Positions 46,472-54,711 of a stretch of 64,000 bases of DNA are shown here, piece after piece (position 1 is the first letter of the stretch; the number at the start of each line of letters is the position of its first letter). A program made the translations under genes and the position numbers. The DNA is from Acidobacteriota bacterium (lineage in GTDB: Bacteria > Acidobacteriota > Vicinamibacteria > Vicinamibacterales > JAKQTR01), in assembly GCA_040752275.1 (NCBI GenBank), contig JBFMFH010000121.1:10849-74848 (forward strand), written 5' to 3'. The notes below the pieces were generated by a model. It was not told the origin of the DNA and did no database searches. It saw only the letters and a program-made list of their open reading frames with translations.

Positions 46472-47278
46472 CTACACCCGGATCTCCGTGAACATCTGCA
46501 ACTCGACCTCCGTCACGCCCGACACCCGCCTGACCACGCCCTCAACGTCCTTCAGCTGATCGCGGTCCGACAGCTTGCCCGAAATCGTCACCGCACCGGC
46601 ATGGGCCGCGACGTCCACTTCGAGGCCGCTGGTTTCCGGGGTGACCGCCAGGTTGGCGCGGACACGGCTCGCCAGGGCCAGGTCTTCCATCGCCGCCCGC
46701 GACTGCGCCGTCTCCCTGAAGCTGTCGAGCCGGGCCATGGCCGCGATGATCTCGCAGGCCTGCGGCACATCCAGCTGTTCGAGGTTGAGGACCAAATCGT
46801 AGTGGGCCGCGTCACCCCAGTCGACGCCGTACAGGTACTGGGTCCACCGCTGGCGGTCCTGGTCCATTCGCTGGATGTAGGTCAGGGCATCGTCCTGGTT
46901 CAGCTTGAGGCGATCCTGCACGGCCCTGACACGCATACTCATGGGTGCGATGATCCGTGTGCGCATCACGTGACCGACGCCGCGCAACAGAAGGTGCCCG
47001 GCGTTGCCGTGGTAGATCGCATTGCCCTGGCTCACCTCGACCGTGAGCGCGGCCTGGATGAGCGTCAGGTACACGTACTTCGTGTGTTTGAAGCGATCCC
47101 AGAATGTCGGCGGCTTCTCCAGGGCGTTGCGGATCTCGGCCTGTGAGACGCCATAGGCCGCCGCCTTCTCGACGATCACCTCGCGGTCGATGCACCGGTA
47201 CCCCAGGCGGGCAGCCGCGCACTCGGCCAGCATCTTCCCGCCGCTGAACGACCCTCTCGAGATGGTGATGACTGCCAT
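46472..47278 (-). CDS. Cytidylate-kinase-like (Cytidylate_kin2) + BON domain protein, copy 1
   Basis: Start MAVITISRGSFSGGKML at 47278 with AAGGAG upstream. 268 aa with a gapless alignment to 61766..62572. The C-terminal BON-like segment is EVDVAAHAGAVTISGKLSDRDQLKDVEGVVRRVSGVTEV. Confidence 0.7.
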   Translation of the reverse strand: MAVITISRGSFSGGKMLAECAAARLGYRCIDREVIVEKAAAYGVSQAEIRNALEKPPTFWDRFKHTKYVYLTLIQAALTVEVSQGNAIYHGNAGHLLLRGVGHVMRTRIIAPMSMRVRAVQDRLKLNQDDALTYIQRMDQDRQRWTQYLYGVDWGDAAHYDLVLNLEQLDVPQACEIIAAMARLDSFRETAQSRAAMEDLALASRVRANLAVTPETSGLEVDVAAHAGAVTISGKLSDRDQLKDVEGVVRRVSGVTEVELQMFTEIRV

Positions 47279-47314
47279 CGCCGCTGTTCTCCTTCGCACT
47301 CCGTCCCAACCACA

Positions 47315-49900
47315 CTATGGCCCCGATGCCACGTCCGCCTGGTGCGGTCCGGCCTGTCGCGCGCCGGCTTGGCCGGTGTCAAACGAGTAGTTGCCGGCCA
47401 GGAACTGCTCGACGTACCACCGCACCGCGTCGTGCCCGGTCATGTACATGTCGAGCTGGCTCGCACAGGCCATGAGGCGCCCCAGCAGATCCAGCCGCGA
47501 TTCGGTGTCCCGGGCGGGCGCCTTCTTGAACCAGGCGTTGACGACGTCGCCACGACGGTCCGCGTGGAAGCCGAGCTTCGAGAGGCAGGCGTCCAGGAAG
47601 CAGGCTCGCAGGTTCCGCCGGGCGCGTGTGGCCCCACCACCCGCGAAGCGGAACGAGATGTAGTTCTGTCCCGGCACCTCGGAGACATACGCATCAACCA
47701 GCGTGAAGTGATACGCGAGCCTCGAGTTCAGGTTCATGTACTCCCGGCTCACCAGCAGGTAGCTCTTCTCGCCCAGCGCCCGCGTCGCCCCCATGGACGC
47801 CGACAGGCTGCCGGCCATGACCGAGGCCAGACCGCTGAAGCTGGCGCGCATGCCGCGATTCCAGTCGACGCTTGGGTGGGTCATCCCTCGCCAGATGGCC
47901 TGGAATGGCCGGCAGACAATCTGGGACGGGCGCACGACATCGGCCTCCGGACCGTCGGCCTCCATCCCGCCCCCGAGGTCCAGGACATGCAGATTGACGG
48001 GCGTCGGCGCCAGCAGGCGGCTGGCCCGATGCGCGCCGCGCTGAAGGGCCGCGTCATTAAGCGCAAACATGCCCTGGATGGCCTTCTCGTGGCAGAACCG
48101 CAGCACATCGTGGGCGCTTCGGCACCCCGCCGGGCGGAAATTCCACGCCGATGGCTCCAACAACCGCAGCGAGAGGAGCCGGCGCGTCAGCGGATCCCCA
48201 CCGGCCTCGCCATAACGATCAGCCACAGCCGAGGCCGGACCGGCCGCCGGAGGCCAGAGCGTCCCGGCGTAGACTCGGGCCTGCCCGGCGTCGAGGCTCA
48301 CGGCCTCGCCGTTCCGAACCCGATCGAGGGCACCCGCCATCTCAAACGCGGATGGCACCTTGAACTCACGCAACAGCGCGGCGCCATGGCCAGTCACGTT
48401 GCCCCATTCGGCCACCAGGCCGGCCAGCCGTGGCAGCACCTTCACGATCTCCGGCGTCGGCTGCCGCAGAAAGACGACAGATCCATGCGGCGTCTGGCCG
48501 AGCCGGCTGGCCTCATCGGCGACGAATGCCGGTCCGGATGTCCGCCCTGGGAAGACGGCCCGCCCTCCGGCCATGAGGGCTTCCTGCTGGACGCGACGGC
48601 GCACGGCCGTGTCACGATCGACGAGGGCGAGCGGCCGCGCCTGCAGGATCCAGATCTTGTCGGCCTCGTCGATCGCCCACTCGATGTCCTGAGGCTTGCC
48701 CGTGTGACGCTCGATCGCCAGCGCCCACAGCGCGAGGCCCGCGGCGTCTTGGTCGCTCAGGCTCGGGCGCTCTCGCTCAGCCGGACCCAGCGGCTCCCGT
48801 ACGACACGGCCATCGCTCGTCGCCACCGCCCGGTCACGTTTGGCGGCGACGCGACCCTCGACAATCCGGTGCGGCCTGCTGCGAAAGATGACGAAGAGGT
48901 CGGACGGAGCCACTCCACTGGCGATATCCAGGGCTAGCCCCCAGGTCGCGCTGATCAGGAGGGTGCCGGATCCAGGATCCCGTGGATCGCGTGTGTACAG
49001 AATGCCGGCGGACCGCGCCCGGATGACCGGCAGCACGAGCACCGCCATCGGCGTGTCGACCTCGGCGAGGCCGGTGGCCAGACGGTACGACAGGGCTCGC
49101 TCGCTGAACCGGCTCGCCACGACCTCGCGGTAGGCCTGAACCACCTGATGCGCCGGAGTGTTGATCCGGCTGTTGAACTGCCCGGCGAACGTCCGGCTTC
49201 CACCCTCGCCCACTGCACTCGACCTGACGGCCAACCCCAGTCCGTGCGATTGCAGCACGGCGGCGCGCTCCGCCAGCGCCACTTCGACGGCACGCGGGAC
49301 GGGCGCGTTCAGAACCGTGTCTGTCAGCTCCCTCGACATCCGGCCCAGACCCTCCAGGTCGTCCGGATCCCACCGGCGTTCGGCGTTGCGGATCCGCTTC
49401 CAGTACGGCAGGCCGAAAAACTGACGATACGCCTCCGTGGTCAGCACATAGCCATCGGGCACCGGCGCCCCGACCTTGTTCCGGGCCTCGCCGAGCGCCG
49501 CCGCCTTGTCCCCGACCTCGGCCGCTTCTGCCAGCCCAATCTCGGACATCCGAACGGCGAGGCGCGGCATCACGCGTCCCTGGCGCTGAGCCAGGTACTG
49601 TTCGACCTCCTGTCGCTGCTGCCGAACGGCGGCCTCGAGCCTGGGGTAGGGCCGGCCTTCGAGTGCCGACAGGGCGGAGATGGCCCCCCGGACCTTCTCG
49701 AAGACCGCGCCGACACGGTTCCCCAGCACATCAAGGCGCGGGGGTACATAGAGCGAGTCCTCCTGGATGCCGGCCAGCAGCTCGAGGGCCTCGTTGTTGA
49801 GTGCGATCACCTTGCGCCAGTTCTCGTACGTGTGCTGCAGCCGCGCCTCCGGTGGCGCGTCCCGCGTCTCGACCGCTTGTCTCCGCCTCCGAAACTGCAT
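47315..49900 (-). CDS. Atypical PpsA-like protein PpsL-3
   Basis: Real start MQFRRRRQAVE at 49900 within the 1406-aa track ORF. VGDKAAALGEA..VPDGYVL, AVRSSAVGEGGSRTFAGQF, and swivel AEWGNVTGHGAALLREFKVPS with the His codon at 48388-48386. Shares the N- and C-domain motifs. Confidence 0.8.
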   Translation of the reverse strand: MQFRRRRQAVETRDAPPEARLQHTYENWRKVIALNNEALELLAGIQEDSLYVPPRLDVLGNRVGAVFEKVRGAISALSALEGRPYPRLEAAVRQQRQEVEQYLAQRQGRVMPRLAVRMSEIGLAEAAEVGDKAAALGEARNKVGAPVPDGYVLTTEAYRQFFGLPYWKRIRNAERRWDPDDLEGLGRMSRELTDTVLNAPVPRAVEVALAERAAVLQSHGLGLAVRSSAVGEGGSRTFAGQFNSRINTPAHQVVQAYREVVASRFSERALSYRLATGLAEVDTPMAVLVLPVIRARSAGILYTRDPRDPGSGTLLISATWGLALDIASGVAPSDLFVIFRSRPHRIVEGRVAAKRDRAVATSDGRVVREPLGPAERERPSLSDQDAAGLALWALAIERHTGKPQDIEWAIDEADKIWILQARPLALVDRDTAVRRRVQQEALMAGGRAVFPGRTSGPAFVADEASRLGQTPHGSVVFLRQPTPEIVKVLPRLAGLVAEWGNVTGHGAALLREFKVPSAFEMAGALDRVRNGEAVSLDAGQARVYAGTLWPPAAGPASAVADRYGEAGGDPLTRRLLSLRLLEPSAWNFRPAGCRSAHDVLRFCHEKAIQGMFALNDAALQRGAHRASRLLAPTPVNLHVLDLGGGMEADGPEADVVRPSQIVCRPFQAIWRGMTHPSVDWNRGMRASFSGLASVMAGSLSASMGATRALGEKSYLLVSREYMNLNSRLAYHFTLVDAYVSEVPGQNYISFRFAGGGATRARRNLRACFLDACLSKLGFHADRRGDVVNAWFKKAPARDTESRLDLLGRLMACASQLDMYMTGHDAVRWYVEQFLAGNYSFDTGQAGARQAGPHQADVASGP

Positions 49901-49920
49901 CGTCGTCGCACGACCTCTGC

Positions 49921-50079
49921 CTACGTCCCCGGCCGCACCCAGCTGCTCAGCCAGCCGAGCGCCACGAGCAGAACGACCCCCAGGATGAGGCAGCCAGCCA
50001 CGAGCGCCTTCTCGATGTCCAGCAGCGGCTCCTCTTCCATCCGGGAGAGTTCCTCTGCCAGCTTCGGTTGTTCCGCCAT
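49921..50079 (-). CDS. Unannotated 52-aa single-TM micro-protein
   Basis: Below the ORF-track length cutoff. My hand translation gives MAEQPKLAEELSRMEEEPLLDIEKALVAGCLILGVVLLVALGWLSSWVRPGT*. GGAGGCGGAGG lies immediately upstream of the ATG. It fills the gap between the YeiH-like gene and PpsL-3 and has high third-position GC. Confidence 0.5.
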   Translation of the reverse strand: MAEQPKLAEELSRMEEEPLLDIEKALVAGCLILGVVLLVALGWLSSWVRPGT

Positions 50080-50103
50080 CCTCCGCCTCCCTCGGGCGGT
50101 CGG

Positions 50104-51606
50104 CTACCCGCCGACGATCGGTGGCTTGATCCCGTGGAAGAAGACCCACGAGATGAGCAGGCCAATCCAGATGATGAACCCGAACAGACTGACCAGGTAC
50201 ACGGCCGCCAGACGCCAGATGCCTTCCTCGCGCAGCTTCTTGAAGTTCGACACGAGGCCGATCGTGAAGAACGTCATGGCGAAGAGCAAGACGCGGAACG
50301 AGGTCGCCTCGTCGCTCGACAGTGCGGCGCCCGCGCTGAGGTCCGGCCACACCAGACAGATGCCGAGCAGGACGAAGAACGTGACGGCGTACCCCAGGAC
50401 GAACTTGGGGAACCGTTCCCACACCACGCCCGCGCCGACGCGCTCGCCTGGCCGCCGATCGATCCGGGTACACCAGATGACGGCCAGCACCAGCGCCCAC
50501 ACACCAATGAACACGTCGATGAACATCTTCGTCGTCGTCGCCGCGACGAGCATCCAGCCTTCCTTGTACTCGATGCCCTGAACGGCCAGCGCCTTCGCCC
50601 GCACGAGCGAATCGACGATAGCCCCGCTGGCAACCGCTGCCCCGTCGGTCTTGACGGCAAGCCCCATCCAGGCGCCTGCGACCATCGGTTCGTGGTAGAG
50701 GAGAATCTGCGCCAGAAACGGCAGCAGCAGCAGTTCCACGACCGCGAAGATCACGACGAGGGAACTCACCATGATGGGCACGCTCGGTCGCGCCCGCACG
50801 GCAGCGCCAGTCGCGATGGCGGCGGAGACGCCGCAGATCGACACGCCGGCCGCCAGCGGCACGGCCCACTCCCGCGTGAATCCGAAATACCGGCGGGCAA
50901 TGTAGTAGACCAGCGACCAGAAGATGAGGTAGGCGGCCACGATGGCACACAGGCCGTTGAAGAGCACCACGCCCGCCAGGCCCGTCGCCGACGCGGCCTT
51001 GGCGCCCAACGCCCCACCCATGATGACCACGGCCGTCTTGATGTACCACTCGGGTCTGGTCGCTTCCGCGAGCCGCCCCGCGAGGCGCGGGTGGAAGTTC
51101 CCGACCGCCAGGCCGGCCAGAAGCGCCAGCACGAATCCGGCCTCGCCCGTGAGGTTCAGCGACCATGAGATCCCGAACGCCTGCAGCTTGTCGGGCGTGG
51201 CCGCGACGTAGGCGTAGTGGCCGAGCACCCAGCAGGCGTAGCTCGCCCAGAAGATGACCGTGAAACCGGCGACGAACCGGCGCAGCGAGAACTGCAGGTA
51301 AATGGCGCCGATGAGGGCGACAGCCAACAAGAACACGTATGTTCCGGCGATCGACACCAGGACTGGCGTCGAGGCGTATCCGGCCGAGACCGGTCTGACG
51401 GCCGCAAGCGGCGCCAACCAGACATGGGATTTCGCTGCCCAGCCCAGCAGGTCGACACCCAGGATGACGCCCATCGACAGCACGAAGATCGCCAGGCCGA
51501 GCCAGACGGACCACCAGTCCTCGCTGGAGAGCCATGTAGAACGGACCGGCGCCGGTCCATCCGCTGATGACGCGGGGGCCGAAGGCGGAGAGCCGCCAAC
51601 CGGCAT
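50104..51606 (-). CDS. YeiH/UPF0324 family membrane transporter (often annotated as putative sulfate exporter), long form
   Basis: Real start MPVGGSPPS at 51606. AAGVSICGVSAAIATGAAVRA and LLFAMTFFTIGLVSNFKKLREEG correspond to the YeiH GAGSSICGAAAV and LLAMAMAALGL...LKKAG regions. About 12 TM helices. Confidence 0.65.
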   Translation of the reverse strand: MPVGGSPPSAPASSADGPAPVRSTWLSSEDWWSVWLGLAIFVLSMGVILGVDLLGWAAKSHVWLAPLAAVRPVSAGYASTPVLVSIAGTYVFLLAVALIGAIYLQFSLRRFVAGFTVIFWASYACWVLGHYAYVAATPDKLQAFGISWSLNLTGEAGFVLALLAGLAVGNFHPRLAGRLAEATRPEWYIKTAVVIMGGALGAKAASATGLAGVVLFNGLCAIVAAYLIFWSLVYYIARRYFGFTREWAVPLAAGVSICGVSAAIATGAAVRARPSVPIMVSSLVVIFAVVELLLLPFLAQILLYHEPMVAGAWMGLAVKTDGAAVASGAIVDSLVRAKALAVQGIEYKEGWMLVAATTTKMFIDVFIGVWALVLAVIWCTRIDRRPGERVGAGVVWERFPKFVLGYAVTFFVLLGICLVWPDLSAGAALSSDEATSFRVLLFAMTFFTIGLVSNFKKLREEGIWRLAAVYLVSLFGFIIWIGLLISWVFFHGIKPPIVGG

Positions 51607-51771
51607 GAGCACCTCCTCCGGGAAACGGGAAGCTGGCGGGGGCGTCTGAATCACCGCGCGGGACGAGGCGCGGGGCCGGCGTTGGCCGGCAATTCGGGGG
51701 ACCTTCGCTTTCAGCCTGAGACTAGAGCGATGCGGGGGCCGTGTCAAGGACTCCTGGCAATTGAACGAACG

Positions 51772-51800
51772 ACGATAATGCCGGCAGGCTTGGTAGACAA
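51772..51800 (-). promoter_or_regulatory. Candidate sigma-70 promoter (TTGTCT-N17-TATCGT) for the YeiH-like operon, in a divergent AT-richer region
   Basis: The complement of 51795-51800 gives TTGTCT and the complement of 51772-51777 gives TATCGT. This is the same -10 hexamer as the candidate at 27898. Confidence 0.2.
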
Positions 51801-51904
51801 ACACGCTCCAATTGACTCACGTGCTAAGCTTGGGGCGACTGCAGGTGCGACTCCGGCGCGCCTCCCGCTGCGCGCCGCACCTGTCCCGCCCCTTCCCGAA
51901 ACCG

Positions 51905-52156
51905 ATGGCTCCCTGGGGTCCACCCATCATGCCGGGTGACTGGACACCCATCCAAATCGGGATTGTCGATCAGATCGAACGGATCGCCCGCCGGCGCCCG
52001 TGCACACCCGCGCGGGTCTTCAGTGACACAGCTGGCGTCGTGGGGATCGACCGGCACGATGTGCTCGACCGTGGCGCAGGGCTGGACCTCGTCACCGGCA
52101 CCGAACGGGAGCCGCGCTTCGGCCTCACAGGCGAAGCAGGCCCGGTGTGGTCATGA
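51905..52156 (+). CDS. Possible small protein (75-83 aa) translationally coupled to PpsL-4
   Basis: Part of track ORF 51812..52156. ATG candidates at 51905 and 51929. Its TGA (52154-52156) overlaps the PpsL-4 ATG (52153) as ATGA. High third-position GC. I recognise no family resemblance. Confidence 0.3.
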   Translation: MAPWGPPIMPGDWTPIQIGIVDQIERIARRRPCTPARVFSDTAGVVGIDRHDVLDRGAGLDLVTGTEREPRFGLTGEAGPVWS

Positions 52157-54711
52157 AACTGGCAGATCTGCGGCGGGCGTTTCGCCGCCGGGAGCGGCCT
52201 CCCCTCGAATTGCCGGCACGCGTGTCCTACTGCCGTGAGGTGCTGCAAGCCAACAACGCGGCCCTCGGCTATCTGGCCCAGATCCAGGAGACGCTCGCCG
52301 GCACGGACCCGCTCCCGGCTGGTCAGGTCCGTCGCCTCGTGGCCGGAGTGATGACCCAGACGTTCCGGATGATCGTCAACCTGAGCCGGATCACTGGAGG
52401 GCGTTTCGGCGAAGTGGAGTCGCGGTTCCGGCAGATCAAGGCGTCACTGGCCAGGAGTGTCGAGGTGCCGGCCGACGCCGGCGACGTGGGCTACACCGTC
52501 GGCCTCGATCGGCTCGACGCGTCGTTCGCGGAGGTGGTCGGCCAGAAGAGCGCATTCCTCGGAGAGGCCCGCCGGTGGCTGCCGGCGCACGTGCCGCACG
52601 GATTCGCCACGTCGGTGACCGCCTACCGGGCCTTCATGGACCACGACGGCCTCGGCGCGCGGGTTGCCGAGATCCTCGAGCGGGGCGGGATGGGGGATGT
52701 CGCAAGCTGTTTCGAGCTCTCGGCGGACATCGTACGTCTCGTCGAAGGCGCTCGGGTCCCCGCCGACGTGGCCGGCGCCATCGCAGCATCCCTCGACGCC
52801 ATTCCTGGAGGAGATGCGCGGCGCTTCGCCGTGCGATCGAGCGCCCTCTTGGAGGGCGGGGCCGAGATGTCCTTCGCCGGGCAGTATCGGTCGTGCCTGA
52901 ACGTCCCTCCCGACGGCGTGGTCGACGCCTTCAAGCGGGTGATCGCCAGCAAGTACTCGCCCGAGGCCATTTCGTATCGCGCACTGCGGGGGTTCGACGA
53001 CGAAGACGTCGCCATGTGTTGCTGTGTCATCGAGATGGTCGACGCCGTGGCCGCCGGGGTCCTCTACAGCTCGTGTCAGGGTGAGACAGAGCCGACGACG
53101 CTCGTCCAGGCCGTGAGAGGCCTCGGCCTCGCGGCCGTGGATGGGTCGGCAGAGCCGGACTCGTACACGGCCGGCTGCCAGACGAAGCGCATGCTCGGCA
53201 CGAGGTTGGGGCGCCAGGCCTCTCGCATCGTGGGCGCGCCGCACGAGGGAACGGTGCGCGAGGCGATCGCGCCCGGAGACGGTTCGTCTCCAGTGCTCGA
53301 CGAGTCACAGGTGCTCGGGCTTGCGGGGCTCGCCTGGGCCCTGCAACCCCGTCTCGGCACCCCCCTCGACATGGAATGGGCAATCGGGCGAGACCGGCGT
53401 TTCGTCATCCTCCAGCTGAGGCCGCAGCCCGTGGAGATGGTGCGAGGCGCGAAGCCGCTCCAGCGGCGCGTGGTTGGCTACCGGATCCTGTTGGAAGGGG
53501 GATCGGTCGTCTCCCCCGGGGTGGCGTCCGGCCCCGTCTGCCACGTCGAGAGCGATCTCGACATGCTCAGGTGCGGGAAGGGCGCCGTCCTGGTGACCAC
53601 CGAAGCGAGCCCGCGCCTGGCCGTCCTCCTGCCCAGAGTGGCCGCCGTCGTCGCAGACCTCGGAGAAGTGACCGGGCACCTGGCTGCTGTCGCACGCGAG
53701 CTGAAGGTGCCGGCCCTGTTCGCCACCCGCGCGGCGAGTACGGCGCTCGCAGCAGGCGCGATGGCGACGGTCGATGCCGAAGCAGCCGTTGTGTACGAGG
53801 GCCGCGTGGTCGAACTGGTCGATGTGCCGCCGCCGCCGAGCCTCGTCCGGACGATCGATCCGAACAGGGCGCTTCTCGCGTCCGTCGCCGACCGGATCGT
53901 ACCGCTGACGCTGAAGGACCGGCTGGCCAGCGGCTACACGCCTGCGCGATGCCGGTCGCTGCACGACATCATCCGGTTCTGCCATCAGGCCACGATCGAG
54001 GCCATCTTCGATCTTGGTGACCGGGCACTGCACCGCAACGAAGGGCTGCGGCGCCTGGTCACCGACGTGCCAATCGATTGCCGGTTGTTCGATCTCGGCG
54101 GCGGGTTCAGCGACAACTTGCCGGCGGGCGACATCCGCATCGAGGACGTCACGTGCCGCCCCATGCGGGCCTTGTGGCGGGGGATGACCGATCCCCGCGT
54201 GGTGTGGCGGGCCTCGCGGCCAGTGTCCTTGACGGGACTGGCGTCCGCGCTGGTCAACTACAACCTCGACCACGACCAGCGGATGCGGAATCTGGGTGAG
54301 CCGTCCTACGCGTTCGTCACCGCCGATTACCTGAATCTGAACTCACGGGTTGGCTATCATTTCACCACCGTGGACGCGCGACTGGGCGAGGCGTCCGAAT
54401 CCAACTACGCGTCCCTGCGCTTCGTGGGCGGCTCGACGGGCGTCGACCAGCGGTCCCGGCGCGCGGCGCTGATCCGGCGCCTGCTCGAGGCCTACCGGTT
54501 CGAGACGGACTGCCGCGTGGATCTCGTCAATGCCCGAATCCGTCACCGGCCACCGGCCGAGATGGAGGAGGCACTCGCACGGGTCGGCCGCCTGCTCGGC
54601 TACGTCAATCACCTCGACATGGCCCTGACCTCTGAGGCCGCTGTTGCCGAGTACGAAGCGGCGTTCCTCCGGGGCGACTACCACTTCAAGGGGAGCAGTC
54701 TCCATGACTGA
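52153..54711 (+). CDS. Atypical PpsA-like protein PpsL-4
   Basis: VGQKSAFLGEA..VPHGFAT, AVRSSALLEGGAEMSFAGQY, and swivel ADLGEVTGHLAAVARELKVPAL with the His codon at 53677-53679. Shares the N- and C-domain motifs. The start is ATG 52153 or GTG 52147. Confidence 0.8.
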   Translation: MKLADLRRAFRRRERPPLELPARVSYCREVLQANNAALGYLAQIQETLAGTDPLPAGQVRRLVAGVMTQTFRMIVNLSRITGGRFGEVESRFRQIKASLARSVEVPADAGDVGYTVGLDRLDASFAEVVGQKSAFLGEARRWLPAHVPHGFATSVTAYRAFMDHDGLGARVAEILERGGMGDVASCFELSADIVRLVEGARVPADVAGAIAASLDAIPGGDARRFAVRSSALLEGGAEMSFAGQYRSCLNVPPDGVVDAFKRVIASKYSPEAISYRALRGFDDEDVAMCCCVIEMVDAVAAGVLYSSCQGETEPTTLVQAVRGLGLAAVDGSAEPDSYTAGCQTKRMLGTRLGRQASRIVGAPHEGTVREAIAPGDGSSPVLDESQVLGLAGLAWALQPRLGTPLDMEWAIGRDRRFVILQLRPQPVEMVRGAKPLQRRVVGYRILLEGGSVVSPGVASGPVCHVESDLDMLRCGKGAVLVTTEASPRLAVLLPRVAAVVADLGEVTGHLAAVARELKVPALFATRAASTALAAGAMATVDAEAAVVYEGRVVELVDVPPPPSLVRTIDPNRALLASVADRIVPLTLKDRLASGYTPARCRSLHDIIRFCHQATIEAIFDLGDRALHRNEGLRRLVTDVPIDCRLFDLGGGFSDNLPAGDIRIEDVTCRPMRALWRGMTDPRVVWRASRPVSLTGLASALVNYNLDHDQRMRNLGEPSYAFVTADYLNLNSRVGYHFTTVDARLGEASESNYASLRFVGGSTGVDQRSRRAALIRRLLEAYRFETDCRVDLVNARIRHRPPAEMEEALARVGRLLGYVNHLDMALTSEAAVAEYEAAFLRGDYHFKGSSLHD

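Noticed and set aside
46472-47278. Calling the CK-like proteins cytidylate kinase (cmk).
   Set aside because: The P-loop position reads SRGSFSGG, with no GxxGxGK Lys. The proteins carry BON or TM extensions and occur in three copies. This fits the uncharacterised Cytidylate_kin2-like family rather than Cmk.
47315-51535. 1406-aa ORF suggesting a PpsL protein with a huge N-terminal extension.
   Set aside because: The extension overlaps the YeiH-like transporter gene out of frame. The conserved PpsL N-terminal motif set begins right after MQFRRRRQ at 49900, matching the length of the other four paralogues.
51607-51928. Divergent spacer between the YeiH-like operon and PpsL-4, scanned for sigma-54 (TGGCA at about 51755) and plus-strand sigma-70 promoters.
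   Set aside because: The TGGCAATTGAACG segment lacks a GC at the -12 spacing. No convincing plus-strand -35/-10 pair was found. Only a weak minus-strand TTGTCT-N17-TATCGT candidate is reported, at low confidence.
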